Of a stretch of 64,000 nt of DNA, positions 38,220-48,674 are shown in pieces. The translations under genes were made by a program, and so were the position numbers. Every line of letters starts with the position of its first letter. Position 1 is the stretch's first letter. This stretch comes from an uncultured Acidobacteriota bacterium (GTDB taxonomy: Bacteria; Acidobacteriota; Vicinamibacteria; Fen-336): NCBI GenBank assembly GCA_963720545.1, contig OY970399.1, positions 480,001 through 544,000 of the forward strand, in the 5' to 3' direction. Under the pieces are notes generated by a model, which was not told the origin of the DNA, ran no database searches, and saw only the letters and a program-made list of their open reading frames with translations.

Positions 38220-39212
38220 TCACAGCGTGCGGCCAATACCCCTTTCGCGCGCCCGCGCGTAGGTGTGCAGCGCGATCGACGTGTCCTGGATGCCGAGCCC
38301 GGTCAGGTCGCAGACGGTCACCTGCGCGTCTGCGGTTCGCCCCTTGCGCGTGCCGGCGCAGAGAGCGCTCATCTCCACGACCCGCTCGTCGTCGAGGTTC
38401 GCCGCGGGTGTGGCGTGCTGCAGCTCGCCGAGGCGTGCGCTCTGCGAGCGCAGGTCTACGCCGATGAGGTCGGCCTTCACCAGCACCTCTTCGTCGAGCT
38501 CCTGCTTGCCCGCGCCGTCCGAGCCTACGGCCGTGATGTGGAGTCCGGGGTGCAGGTGCTCGGCGCGCACCAGCGGCTCGCGCGCGCCGGTGGTCGTCAC
38601 CATGATGTCGCAGGCGGCGGCGAGCTCGGCGAGCGTCGCGGCAACCGTCACCGGGATGCCCAGCTCGGCCTGCATCTCGCTCGCCACCTCCGCCGCGGCC
38701 TCCGGACGGCGGCCGAACACCAGAGCGCGCTCGATCCCGCGCACCAGGCGCAGCGCCCGCAGCTGGAAACGCGCCTGCACGCCCGTGCCGACGATGCCCG
38801 CGACAGCGGCATTGCCGCGCGCCAGGTATTTTGCCGCAAGCGCGCCGGCGATGGCGGTGCGCAGGTTGGTGAGGTAGCCGTTGTCGGCGAGCAGAGCCAT
38901 CGGGAAGCCGGTCTCTGCGGACATCAACAGCATGACGCCGCTGCCCAGCGGCAGGCCGCGCTCCTTGTTGGTGCCGAAGCCGCTCGCGATCTTCACGGCG
39001 AAACCCGGCAGCCCCTTGGCGTAGGCCGTCTTGATGTGGATCTCAGCGCGGCGCTCTTTCACGTGGATGCCCATCGGCGGCGGCACCATCACCTCGCCTT
39101 TCCGGGCAAGGCGCGCGAAGCCGTCGGCAACGGCGGCGAGCGCTGCGTCGTCGAGCGCGGCGATGCTCCGGATCTCGGCTTCGTTCAAGACCAGCAGCGG
39201 CGAATCGCTCAT
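38220..39212 (-). CDS. Ornithine cyclodeaminase/mu-crystallin family protein
   Basis: LTNLRTA, GTGVQA, AVGSDG..KQE, DLTGLGIQD. Confidence 0.92.
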   Translation of the reverse strand: MSDSPLLVLNEAEIRSIAALDDAALAAVADGFARLARKGEVMVPPPMGIHVKERRAEIHIKTAYAKGLPGFAVKIASGFGTNKERGLPLGSGVMLLMSAETGFPMALLADNGYLTNLRTAIAGALAAKYLARGNAAVAGIVGTGVQARFQLRALRLVRGIERALVFGRRPEAAAEVASEMQAELGIPVTVAATLAELAAACDIMVTTTGAREPLVRAEHLHPGLHITAVGSDGAGKQELDEEVLVKADLIGVDLRSQSARLGELQHATPAANLDDERVVEMSALCAGTRKGRTADAQVTVCDLTGLGIQDTSIALHTYARARERGIGRTL

Positions 39213-39214
39213 CG

Positions 39215-41032
39215 TCACAGCCCACCCGCGCGGCCGCCGCGGCGCGGATCGGTGCTGGCGTTGAGGCCGCCCGCGTCGCGCCACGCCTGCTGATACGAGC
39301 CCATGTGGAAGTCGTAAGGCGGCAGCGGCCGCAGCTTGCCGCCCAGCTTCGCGAGGTCGCGCAGCACCCTCTCGCCGATGCGCGACTCTATCTGGATGGT
39401 GTAGTCGCTCTCCATCGGCAGCATCCGCGGCAGCACCGCGGCGTCGTACGGCGCGTAGTCGTAGTCGAGCGCGTTCGAGATCATCTGCGGCACGGTGCAG
39501 TGCACGTTGCCGGGCGAGCCCAGCGAACGCACCGGCTGGCCGTCCTTGAAGATGATGGTGTTGCTCATGACCGAGCGCATGCGGCTGCCCGGCACGCCGA
39601 GCCAGCCGGAAATGGCGCCGTCCATCGTGAAGTCGGCGTGGCTGCCGATCATCGGCACCCCGCCCACCACCATGCCGGGGATGCCGCCCGACTGCAGCGT
39701 GTTCATCATCTGCACCCAGTTGCCTTCGGCATCGACGCACGACAGCTCGCAGCTGCCCGAGGGCTGCGCCGGTTGCTTCGCGCCGCTCGTCACCGACCAG
39801 CCGAACGCCTGCAGCTGGAACGGGTTGGTCGTCAGCTCGACGTGCTTCGTCAGGTCCACGCCCTTCTTCGGCAGCGACGCCTTCAGGATGGTCGCGAGGT
39901 TCGCCTGGTACTCGTCCGACAGCCACACGTCGGACGGCACGCCGAAGAACTCGGGATCGTGCAGGTGGCCGAGTTCGTAGTGCGCGCGGCGCAGCGCCTG
40001 CGCCATGAAGTAGAGGCTCTCGGCCGATTCGGTGTAGTGGCCGAGGCGTGACACGTCCACATGGCGCAGGATGCCGAGCACCAAGGCGCAGTAAAGCCCC
40101 TGGCGCTCGGGCGGTGCTGTCTGCACGATTTCGTAAGCCTTGTGGCGATAGCGCAGCGGTTCCACCCAGCGCGGCGGGTTGCTCGAGAGGTCCTCGAGCT
40201 TCACTTCCCAGCCGAGCTTGTTGCCGAGCGCCACGAAGTCGCGCGCCCAGCCTCCCTTGGTGAAATGGTCCGGGCCTTCGTCGGCGAGCGCTCGCAGCGT
40301 CTTGGCAAGAGCCGGGTTGCGCAGCTTCTCGCCGACGGACGGCGTGAAGCCGTTCGGCGCGTAGAGCGCGCGCATCTCGGGAAACCAGGTGTTGCCTTCC
40401 AGTTCGAACTCGAGCACGGCGCGCTGGAACTCGTCCACCGGGAAGCCGTCCTCGGCCCAGGGGATTGCCGGCGCCACCACCGCCTTCCACGGCTTGGCAC
40501 CGAACTTCTCGTGCATCGCGCGCATGCCCGGCATGAAGCCCGGAATGCAGGCCATCGGCGCGCCGGCGGCAACGCCGCCGAGGCCGGGCGGATAAGGACG
40601 AAACGGCGGCAGCGTCGGGTGCAGCGTGCCCATGCTGTTGAGCTGGTACGTCTTCCCCGTTTTCGCTTCCCAGTAGAGCCAGCTCACGGTGCCGGTGTGG
40701 TTCGTCATCTCGGGCTGCACGGTCGCCTGGGTGATGCAGCCGGCGACTGTGGCATCGACGGCGTTGCCGCCGGCGGCGAGGATGTCGAGCATGGTCTGGG
40801 TGACGATGGGGCTCTGGCTCGCGGCAACCGCCTTGCGGCCGCGGATCACTTCCTTGGGGCCTTGATGCTCGAGCACCAGCGCAGGCGCTCCGCTCGCGGG
40901 CTTCCGCGGCGCCGCTGCGGCGCTGTCGCCGGCCGCGAGACCCGCGCCGCCGGCGGCGGCGATCGAGACGCCGGCTTTTCTCAGGAAGTCCCTGCGCTGC
41001 GTGGCCATCGTCTTTGTCTCCGTTCGCTCCAT
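39215..41032 (-). CDS. Tat-exported gamma-glutamyltransferase-family Ntn hydrolase (divergent)
   Basis: QRRDFL Tat motif; GGNAVDA, IPGF, VDAEGNWV, DPRRGG. Confidence 0.88.
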   Translation of the reverse strand: MERTETKTMATQRRDFLRKAGVSIAAAGGAGLAAGDSAAAAPRKPASGAPALVLEHQGPKEVIRGRKAVAASQSPIVTQTMLDILAAGGNAVDATVAGCITQATVQPEMTNHTGTVSWLYWEAKTGKTYQLNSMGTLHPTLPPFRPYPPGLGGVAAGAPMACIPGFMPGMRAMHEKFGAKPWKAVVAPAIPWAEDGFPVDEFQRAVLEFELEGNTWFPEMRALYAPNGFTPSVGEKLRNPALAKTLRALADEGPDHFTKGGWARDFVALGNKLGWEVKLEDLSSNPPRWVEPLRYRHKAYEIVQTAPPERQGLYCALVLGILRHVDVSRLGHYTESAESLYFMAQALRRAHYELGHLHDPEFFGVPSDVWLSDEYQANLATILKASLPKKGVDLTKHVELTTNPFQLQAFGWSVTSGAKQPAQPSGSCELSCVDAEGNWVQMMNTLQSGGIPGMVVGGVPMIGSHADFTMDGAISGWLGVPGSRMRSVMSNTIIFKDGQPVRSLGSPGNVHCTVPQMISNALDYDYAPYDAAVLPRMLPMESDYTIQIESRIGERVLRDLAKLGGKLRPLPPYDFHMGSYQQAWRDAGGLNASTDPRRGGRAGGL

Positions 41033-41138
41033 GAACCTGTTGTCTCTCCCTGGGCGTCGCCGTCCGCCGTGACGGCGCAGCGTATCATTCTCTTCAATAC
41101 CAAGACTTCATCGCAATGAACCCTGGAGAGAGCGACCA

Positions 41139-42500
41139 ATGACATCCAAAGCCAGAGCCATCACAGCCGCAGCCGCCTGCAGCGTGTTGCTCGCGCCTGT
41201 GCACGCCGCCAGCGCCGCCCCGCCGGCGACGGCGCCGGCCGTCGCTTTCACTCACGTCGAGGTGCTGCCGATGCACCGCGAGGTGGTCCTGCACGACCAG
41301 ACGGTGGTGGTCGAGGGCGGCCTGATCCTGAAGATGGACGACGCCGCGAAGCTCGCGCCGCCCAAGGGCGCTACGGTGATCGACGGCCGCGGCAAGTTCC
41401 TGATGCCGGCGCTTGCCGAGATGCATGCGCACATTCCCGGCGGCAAGGCGAGCGACGCCGCCGTCGAGCGCACGCTGTTCCTGTATGCGGCCAACGGCAT
41501 AGGCACCATCCGCGGCATGCTCGGCGACCCGCGGCATATCTCTTACCGGGAGCGTGCCGCGCGCGGCGAACTGGTCAGCCCGCGCATCTACACGAGCGGC
41601 CCGTCGCTGAACGGCAACACCGTGCCCACCGTCGAGAGCGGCGTCAAGGCAGTCACCGACCAGAAGGCGGCCGGCTACGACTTCCTCAAGATCCACCCGG
41701 GCATCAAGCGCGACGTCTACGACGCGATCGCGGCCAAGGCCGACGAGCTCTCCCTCCCCTTCGCCGGCCACGTGCCGCTCGAGGTGGGCATCGAACGCGC
41801 CCTGGCGGCCCACCAGCGCTCCATCGACCACGTGGATGGCTACGTGGAGGGCCTGGTGCCGGATGCGTCGAAGTCGGACTGGTTCGGCATCAACCTCGTC
41901 AACGACGTGGACGAAAGGAAACTGCCGGCGCTGGTCGCGGCCACCGTCGCATCGGGCTCATGGATCGTGCCGACGCAGGTTCTGTTCGACAACCTGATGA
42001 GCGACGAGGATCCGGAGGCGATGGCGAAGCGGCCGGAGCTTCAGTATGTCGTGGGCAAGGAGCAAATCGCGCAGTGGATCACCGCGAAGAAGGAGTTTCT
42101 TGCGACACCCGCGGCCGACCGCAAGCGCTTCCTCGAGCTTCGCCGCCGCATCGTCAAGGCGCTCTACGACGGCGGCGTGCCGTTCGCGCTCGGTTCGGAT
42201 GCGCCCCAGATGTGGAACGTGCCTGGCTTCTCGATCCACCATGAGCTGCAGTCGATGGTCGACTGCGGCCTCACGCCTTACCAGGCGCTCGCCATGGGCA
42301 CGAGCGCCGTCGGCACGTACTTCGGCGAGGCGCACAACGCCGGCACGGTCACGGCCGGCAAGCGCGCCGACCTGGTGCTGCTGGGCGGCAACCCGCTCGC
42401 CGACATCAAGCAGTCGTCGAACATCGCGGGCGTGATGCTGGGCGGGCGCTACCTGAGCAAGGCCGAAATCGACCAGGGGCTCGCGGCCGAGCTTCAGTAA
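41139..42500 (+). CDS. Exported metal-dependent amidohydrolase
   Basis: MPALAEMHAH, SIDH, GSDA, GKRADLVLL. Confidence 0.92.
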   Translation: MTSKARAITAAAACSVLLAPVHAASAAPPATAPAVAFTHVEVLPMHREVVLHDQTVVVEGGLILKMDDAAKLAPPKGATVIDGRGKFLMPALAEMHAHIPGGKASDAAVERTLFLYAANGIGTIRGMLGDPRHISYRERAARGELVSPRIYTSGPSLNGNTVPTVESGVKAVTDQKAAGYDFLKIHPGIKRDVYDAIAAKADELSLPFAGHVPLEVGIERALAAHQRSIDHVDGYVEGLVPDASKSDWFGINLVNDVDERKLPALVAATVASGSWIVPTQVLFDNLMSDEDPEAMAKRPELQYVVGKEQIAQWITAKKEFLATPAADRKRFLELRRRIVKALYDGGVPFALGSDAPQMWNVPGFSIHHELQSMVDCGLTPYQALAMGTSAVGTYFGEAHNAGTVTAGKRADLVLLGGNPLADIKQSSNIAGVMLGGRYLSKAEIDQGLAAELQ

Positions 42501-43453
42501 CCGCGCGCCGGGTCGACCAGAGAGTCGAGCGGCTTGCCCGCCTGGAACAGGGCCAGCAGCCGCCGGAACTGCGCCATCGCATCCGGGAAGAAGGCCGGCA
42601 CCTGGTCAGCGCAGTGCGGTGAGAGCAGCACATTGTCGAGCGAGTAGAACGGGTGTCCGGCGGGCAGCGGTTCGGTCTCGAAGACGTCGAGCGCCGCGCC
42701 GCGAATTCGCCGCGCGCGCAGCGCCTCGACGAGCGGCGCCTCCTGCACCGCCGCGCCCCGGCCAACGTTGACGAGGATGGAGGTCGGCTTCAGCGCGGCG
42801 ATCTCGCGCGCCCCGACCATGCCGCGCGTCTGTGGCGTCAGGGGCGTCGCCAGGACGATGTCGTCCGAGCTTGCGCACAGCTCCTCCAGCCGGTCCGCCC
42901 CCAGCACCTCGTCCACCATCGGATCTGCCACGGACGCCTGCGGGTTCCGGCGCAGCGCCTTGATGCGCATGCCAAGGGGCTTTGCGAGCGCCGCTACTGC
43001 CCTGCCGATGTTGCCGTAGCCGACGATGCCAAGCGTGCGGCCGGCGAGCATGTCGGGCGAGAACTGTTGCCAGCGGCCCTCCGCCTGTTGGCGCAGCAAA
43101 CGGCGAAAGTCCTTGAGGAAGTGCAGCAGTCCCGCGATCGTGAACTCGGCAAGCGAGGCGCTGAAAACACCCTTGCCGTTCGTCACCCGCAGCCCGGGCC
43201 GGCCGAGGTCCGGATCGACCGCATGCTCGATGCCCGCCCAGCGGATGTGCACCCAGGTGAGCGAAGGCAGGTTGGCGACGATCTCGCTCAGGGCCGCGCG
43301 GTGCTGGCCGCACACCAGGACGCAGTCGGCCCGAGGCGCCGTGGCGAAGTCCGCGGCGCGTTCGCCGTGGAAAAGCGTCGCGTCCGGTAGATCCTGCAAA
43401 TGGTGCAGTCCGGGATCGGACGGTGCGGCGAGCACCCAGATGGTCGTCGGCAT
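42494..43453 (-). CDS. D-2-hydroxyacid dehydrogenase family protein
   Basis: GYGNIG, NVGRG, LDVFETEPLP, SPHCA. Confidence 0.93.
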   Translation of the reverse strand: MPTTIWVLAAPSDPGLHHLQDLPDATLFHGERAADFATAPRADCVLVCGQHRAALSEIVANLPSLTWVHIRWAGIEHAVDPDLGRPGLRVTNGKGVFSASLAEFTIAGLLHFLKDFRRLLRQQAEGRWQQFSPDMLAGRTLGIVGYGNIGRAVAALAKPLGMRIKALRRNPQASVADPMVDEVLGADRLEELCASSDDIVLATPLTPQTRGMVGAREIAALKPTSILVNVGRGAAVQEAPLVEALRARRIRGAALDVFETEPLPAGHPFYSLDNVLLSPHCADQVPAFFPDAMAQFRRLLALFQAGKPLDSLVDPARGY

Positions 43454-43486
43454 GTGCGCCGCAGGTTAGCTCCTGGCGCCGCAAAG

Positions 43487-43515
43487 AAAAACGGCGGAGG
43501 CCGAAGCCCCCGCCG
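43487..43515 (-). terminator. Rho-independent terminator of TonB receptor gene
   Basis: Minus strand CGGCGGGGGC-TTCG-GCCTCCGCCG-TTTTT. Confidence 0.85.
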
Positions 43516-43537
43516 GGTTACGAAACGTCCGCTGCGG

Positions 43538-46411
43538 TTAGAAGTCGAAGCGGATGCCGAACTGCGCCAGACGCTGCTCGCCTTGCTGGAAGTCGCCGGC
43601 GAACAACGTCGGCTGGCCGAAGTTGGACGCAGTCTGCGCCTGCACGAAGCTGCTCGCCGCCGGGTTCTTGGCGTTGAACAGGTTGAAGCCCTCGGCGATC
43701 AACTGGAAGCCGGCCTTCGGGCCAAGAGCGAAACGCTTGGCGACGCGCATGTCGAGCTGGCTGAAGCCCGAGCCGCGGAAGGCGTTGTACGTTTCGACGC
43801 CCGCCGGCAGGTCGTTGGTGGTGAGGCCGTCCCGATTGTCGTCGGTGCCGGTCAGCACATTGCGTGGGAACTTCGAGTACGCGCGGAAGCTCGCCGAAAC
43901 GGTCAGGCCGTTCCCGGGACTCCAGATCGGGCTGATGGTGACGCGGTGCCGCGCATCGCGCCACACGGGGCCTTCCTGGCGATCCTGGAACGGATCGAAT
44001 GCGTTCAGGATCTGGTAGTCGCCGAACTCGTCGGTGGCGCGCAGGCTGGTCGAGGATGAGGCCTTCGACAGCGAGTACCACGCATCGATCGAGAACTTGG
44101 TGCCGCGCTTCTTGACGCCGAGGTTGACCGCCTTGTAATGGGCGCGGCCTTTGGACAAGTCCACGCGCCAGCTGGCGCTGCCGCTCTGCGGCAGGATCGA
44201 GGCGAAGCGGCGCGAGCCGCCGTCGATGCGGACGTTGAGCGTCGGACGCACGCCCAGATCCTTCATTCGCACCCAGATGCCGTTGACGTCGAGCGCGAAA
44301 CCGTTGCCCAGGTCCTTCGAGAAGCCGAAGTTCGCCTGGTCGCTATAGGGCTGCTTGATTCGCGGGGTGGCGACATGGCTCGGCAGTGGCGGCGCGGTGG
44401 CGCTCAACTGGTTGGCGGGCAACGGGTCGCCGACGTTGAAGAACGAGCCGTCGGGGTTCTTGATGCCGGCGGTGTCGTTGACCTGGTAGACGGTGCCGAA
44501 GCTCGACTGAGCGCCCACCACCGCGAACAGCACGTTGGCGTTGGTATACGCGAAGTCGGTGTAGCGGCCGACGCCGCCACGGAACAGCAGCTTGCCGTCG
44601 CCGTTCACGTCGTACGTGAAGCCCAGGCGCGGCTGGAAGTTGTTCTTGTCCTCGGCAGACTCCTTGCCGAAGTCCTCGAGGCCAATGCACGGGCACACCG
44701 AACTGTTGCCACTGAACAGGCCGGCCTGCGCCGCCGCCTGCATTTCGCGGAAGATGATGTTGCCGGTCTGGTCGAAGGCGAATCCGGTGACGAGATCGTA
44801 GCGCAGGCCCAGGTCCAGGGTCAGCTTGTCGCTCGCACGCCAGGTGTCCTGGATGTAGGCGCCGTACTGGTTGTTCGGGATCTTGCCGACGTTGCCGCCG
44901 CTGCCGCCGCCGATCGAGCCGTTGAACGTGATGTTGCTGATGGGCGCTGTCAGGCTGTCCGCCAGGCGTGTGAACTGCGGCGAGCGGCCCGACGAGAAGG
45001 TGATGTCGAGCACCGGCGAGTAGATGAAGCTCGCGCCGATCTTGAAGTCGTGGCGGCCGCTGCTGAACGAGAAGTCGTCGCGGAACTGGTACTTCTTCTG
45101 GTTCGTCGTCTGCGGCGTGTTGACGCTCTGTCCGATGACCACGCCGTTCGGGAACAGCTGGTAAGGCAGCGTCGAGTTCTCCTTGATGGTGTTGAGGAAG
45201 TAGGAGAACTGGAACACGAACTCGTTCAGGCGGCCGCCGCCGAGGTTCGAATTGAGGTTCAGGTTGGCCGAGTGGAACTTGTTCTGGCTGAGGCCCCAGT
45301 TTTCAGGCGGCGCCTGCGGGCTCGCACCGTAGGTCAGGGTCTGGTCGTTGAAGCCGTAGCGCAGCGACAGGTAGTTGGACGGGTTCACCTGGTGCGTGAT
45401 CTTGCCGACAGCGATGCGCTCGGTGACCGGAGTGTCGAATACGCCGTCCTTGTCGGGGAACAGGCCGAGTGTGTCGACCGCCTGGGTGGTCTTTTGCGAG
45501 GTCTTTTCGACCGCGAGGAAGAAGTGGGTGCGGTCCTTGACGATCGGACCGCCGAGGCTCGCGCCGAATTGGTGGCGGCGGTAGTCCCCCTTCTCGACTC
45601 CGGAGAGCTTCTCACTCTCGGTGCGGCTGTTGAGGCTCTTGTCGCGGAAGAACTCGAACGCCGACCCGCGCAGCTCGTTGGTGCCGCTCTTGGTGACGAC
45701 CTTCATCGTGCCACCGACCGAGCGGCCGGTCTCGGCGCGGAAGCGCTGGGTCTCGACCTTGAACTCGCCGATCGAGTCGAGCGGGAATGCCTGCACCAGT
45801 CCGCCGACCGTGTCGTCGTTGTTGTCGCCGCCGTCGATCAGGTAGTTGATGTTGCGGCCGCCGCCGCCGTTGATCTGGGGCGCGAGCTGCGTCGACTTGG
45901 TCGGGTCGGTGTGAATGCCGAGGCTGACGCCGGGCACCAGCGCCGCGAGGTTCGCGAACTGGCGGCCGTTGAGGGGCAGATTGGTGATCTGCGCCTGGCT
46001 GATCACGACGCCGACGCCGGTGTCGTTCTTGTCGATGAGCGGCGCATCGCCGGTGACCGTGATTTCCTCGGTCTGGCCGACGGACAGCTTGAACTCGACC
46101 TGGGTGGTGGTGCCGACGTTCACGCCCACCTTGCGGCTGATCGGCGAAAAGCCGGTCATCTCGGCGCGCACTTCGTACTCGCCGATCGTGAGGCCGTTGA
46201 TGCTGTAGGCGCCCGTCGAGTCGGAAACGGAGGAGCGCGAAAACCCGGTGCCGATGTTCTTTGCGGTGATGGTTGCGCCGGGGACCGCGAGGCCCTGCTC
46301 GTCCACGAGCCGGCCCTCGATCGACCCGCCGGTGCCCTGGGCCAGCGCGGGCGAAGCGCCGAGCGCGGCGACGATCAGGATCGCCAACAGCGCCTTCAAT
46401 TTCTTGGTCAT
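43538..46411 (-). CDS. Oar-like TonB-dependent receptor with carboxypeptidase-regulatory-like N-terminal domain
   Basis: Signal peptide; LPLNGRQF, VTKSGTN, QDTWR, LGLRYD, PRLGF, terminal RFDF. Confidence 0.95.
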   Translation of the reverse strand: MTKKLKALLAILIVAALGASPALAQGTGGSIEGRLVDEQGLAVPGATITAKNIGTGFSRSSVSDSTGAYSINGLTIGEYEVRAEMTGFSPISRKVGVNVGTTTQVEFKLSVGQTEEITVTGDAPLIDKNDTGVGVVISQAQITNLPLNGRQFANLAALVPGVSLGIHTDPTKSTQLAPQINGGGGRNINYLIDGGDNNDDTVGGLVQAFPLDSIGEFKVETQRFRAETGRSVGGTMKVVTKSGTNELRGSAFEFFRDKSLNSRTESEKLSGVEKGDYRRHQFGASLGGPIVKDRTHFFLAVEKTSQKTTQAVDTLGLFPDKDGVFDTPVTERIAVGKITHQVNPSNYLSLRYGFNDQTLTYGASPQAPPENWGLSQNKFHSANLNLNSNLGGGRLNEFVFQFSYFLNTIKENSTLPYQLFPNGVVIGQSVNTPQTTNQKKYQFRDDFSFSSGRHDFKIGASFIYSPVLDITFSSGRSPQFTRLADSLTAPISNITFNGSIGGGSGGNVGKIPNNQYGAYIQDTWRASDKLTLDLGLRYDLVTGFAFDQTGNIIFREMQAAAQAGLFSGNSSVCPCIGLEDFGKESAEDKNNFQPRLGFTYDVNGDGKLLFRGGVGRYTDFAYTNANVLFAVVGAQSSFGTVYQVNDTAGIKNPDGSFFNVGDPLPANQLSATAPPLPSHVATPRIKQPYSDQANFGFSKDLGNGFALDVNGIWVRMKDLGVRPTLNVRIDGGSRRFASILPQSGSASWRVDLSKGRAHYKAVNLGVKKRGTKFSIDAWYSLSKASSSTSLRATDEFGDYQILNAFDPFQDRQEGPVWRDARHRVTISPIWSPGNGLTVSASFRAYSKFPRNVLTGTDDNRDGLTTNDLPAGVETYNAFRGSGFSQLDMRVAKRFALGPKAGFQLIAEGFNLFNAKNPAASSFVQAQTASNFGQPTLFAGDFQQGEQRLAQFGIRFDF

Positions 46412-46473
46412 CAATATGTTCTCCTTGTGAGTCCACGTTCAACGGGACGGGAGGTCTTCAAGGCTTTTGACAT

Positions 46474-46519
46474 GCAAGTGACTTGCCGTGACATCTCCCC
46501 CGGCCGCCCCAATGAAAAC
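46474..46519 (-). promoter_or_regulatory. sigma54-type promoter with upstream IHF-like site
   Basis: Minus strand CGGCAAGTCACTTGCA (GG-N10-GC); AAACAAGGACTTA resembles WATCAANNNNTTR. Confidence 0.6.
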
Positions 46520-46598
46520 AAGGACTTACGTGCTCAACCACTTGAATCAAGTTCAAGCAAACCATGAGATTGGATCGAGTCCGTCCGGTTGAATCCGT

Positions 46599-48674
46599 TC
46601 AGCGAAGCGAGCGCCGCAGCGATAGCGCGCGAGCGCGCAGTTCCGCGTCCTTCAATAAAGGTAAGAGCGACGTGAGGATCGCGTTCGCTTCACTCGCGTT
46701 GCCAGCGGCAGCTTCGGCAACAGCGAGGTTGAGGCGCGCCTCCTGGTGCTGCGGCTCGCGGCGCAACGCTTCGCGGAACAACTCCGCTGCCGCGCGCGGG
46801 TCGCCGGCCTGCACCGCGAGGACGCCGAGGCCGTTCAGCGGATCGGGATCGGCAGGCGCCAGGCTTGCCGCTCGGCGATAAGCATCGGCAGCTGCGGCAT
46901 TGCGGCCGAGGCCGCGCAGCACGTTGCCCTTGTTGGCGTACCCGCGAGCGTTGTTGGGATCGAGCGCCAGCACCAGCTCGAACGCCGCCAGCGCGTCCTG
47001 CAACCTGCCGCGCGATGCAAGCAAGGAGCCGCGCAGGTTGTGCGGCTCGGGCAGCCGCGGGTTGAGGGCGATCGCGCGGTCTTCGGCGGCGAGCGCGCCC
47101 GCCGCGTCGCCCTTGTCCGCAAGCAGCACGGCGCGCTCGTGCCAGGTGAGTGCGTCGGTGGACGCCGGCAGGTCGAGGAGCGTCGCGTCGGGCTCGATCC
47201 GCGCGGTGCGCAGCGCCGCGGCGAGGCTGCGGCGAAACATTTCGTTTCCCGGATCCTCGCCCACGAGCTCGCGGAACTGCGCGACCGCCGCCGCCTGCTC
47301 GCCGCGGCCCGCAGCCCACGTGGCCTCCTCGAAACGGTTCCAGAGCGCGACCGCATCCTTCGGGTCCCGCAGCCCGATTGCTGGCGCACTCGACGTCGCT
47401 GCGGGCTGCGCCACCACATATCCGAGTGCGCGCAGCCGCTCTTCGACTTCGGGATCGACGCTGGTCGCGGCCTGCGTCGGCGGCCGCGCCGCGATCGCCG
47501 CGAGCTGCCGCTCCATCGCAGCGATCGCGGGGCGTGAGGACGCGTAGACGTTCACCGACTCCCCCGCATCCTGCGCAATGTCGTATGCCTCCGGCCGCGG
47601 TGCCGCGATCACCTTCAGGGCACCTTCGCGCAGCGCGCGCAGCGGCGCCCAGCCGAAGCTCGCGGGATAGACCGACTCGGCATATGCCGGCTGCGGCACG
47701 GCGTTGCGGCCGAGCAGGTCGACGCCGTCGAGTCCCGACACCGGTGGCATGCCCGCAAGACGCAGCAGAGTCGGGGCGAGATCGACGCTGCGCGCCCACG
47801 GCCGCTCGCCGCCCTTCGCGATTCCGGGCCCGGCGAGGATCAGCGGTACACGCAGCGTCGATTCGTAGACGAAGAAGCCGTGGGTTTTTTCGGCGTGCTC
47901 GCCCAGGCCCTCCCCGTGGTCGGCGGTGAGTGCCACCACCACGTCCTTCGCCGCGACCGCCGCGAGCAGTCGCGACACGCAGGCATCGGCCGACGCGATC
48001 TCGGCTTCGTACGGTCGGCCCGGTGCCTGTGACCGGAACGGGTCGGGCGGGTCGTAGGGCGCATGTGGATCGTAGAAGTGTACCCAGGCGAAGAAGGGCC
48101 CGTGCTGGGCGCCGATCCACGCGGTCGCGGCTGCCGCCACCGCGTCGCAGCGGCGCTCCGACTCGAGGGCGCTCACGCCGGACGTTCGCCGTTCGATCGC
48201 GTCGTCGTAAATGTCGAAGCCGCGGCTCAGGCCGAAGCGGCGGTCGAGCACGTAGGCGCCGACGAATGCGCCGGTCGCGAGGCCGCGGGCCTTGAACCAT
48301 GTGGCGAGCGTAGCGTGCGCAGCGGGAAACACGTCGACGCCGTTGTCGTGAACGCCGTGATGCCAGGGCTCGAGCCCGGAAAGGATGGTCGCGTGCGACG
48401 GCAACGTCAGCGGCACGGAGCTGAGCGCGGTACGGAAGAAGGTGCCGCGCCGCGCCAGCGCATCGATGCCGGGCGTCTGCGCAGCGTCGCGGCCGCCATA
48501 GATGCCGACGCGGTCGGCGCGCAGCGTGTCGATGGTGATGAGCAGGACGCTCGGCGGCGGGCGGTGATCGCTGCGCCAGCGGACGGCGAGAACGGCGGCC
48601 GCCAGCAGCACGCCGACGACGGCGAGCGCCCTGCCCCGCCACCGCGGCCGGTGCAACTGGCGTGCCTGCGTCAC
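46599..48674 (-). CDS. Sulfatase-like hydrolase with C-terminal TPRs
   Basis: ITIDTLRAD, TLPSH, HFYDPH, ADHGE, TPR repeats. Confidence 0.92.
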   Translation of the reverse strand: MTQARQLHRPRWRGRALAVVGVLLAAAVLAVRWRSDHRPPPSVLLITIDTLRADRVGIYGGRDAAQTPGIDALARRGTFFRTALSSVPLTLPSHATILSGLEPWHHGVHDNGVDVFPAAHATLATWFKARGLATGAFVGAYVLDRRFGLSRGFDIYDDAIERRTSGVSALESERRCDAVAAAATAWIGAQHGPFFAWVHFYDPHAPYDPPDPFRSQAPGRPYEAEIASADACVSRLLAAVAAKDVVVALTADHGEGLGEHAEKTHGFFVYESTLRVPLILAGPGIAKGGERPWARSVDLAPTLLRLAGMPPVSGLDGVDLLGRNAVPQPAYAESVYPASFGWAPLRALREGALKVIAAPRPEAYDIAQDAGESVNVYASSRPAIAAMERQLAAIAARPPTQAATSVDPEVEERLRALGYVVAQPAATSSAPAIGLRDPKDAVALWNRFEEATWAAGRGEQAAAVAQFRELVGEDPGNEMFRRSLAAALRTARIEPDATLLDLPASTDALTWHERAVLLADKGDAAGALAAEDRAIALNPRLPEPHNLRGSLLASRGRLQDALAAFELVLALDPNNARGYANKGNVLRGLGRNAAAADAYRRAASLAPADPDPLNGLGVLAVQAGDPRAAAELFREALRREPQHQEARLNLAVAEAAAGNASEANAILTSLLPLLKDAELRARALSLRRSLR

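Noticed and set aside
38220..40490. 756-aa ORF suggesting a long cyclodeaminase fusion
   Set aside because: The N-terminal part is an alternative frame of the GGT-like gene; the likely start is ATG 39212
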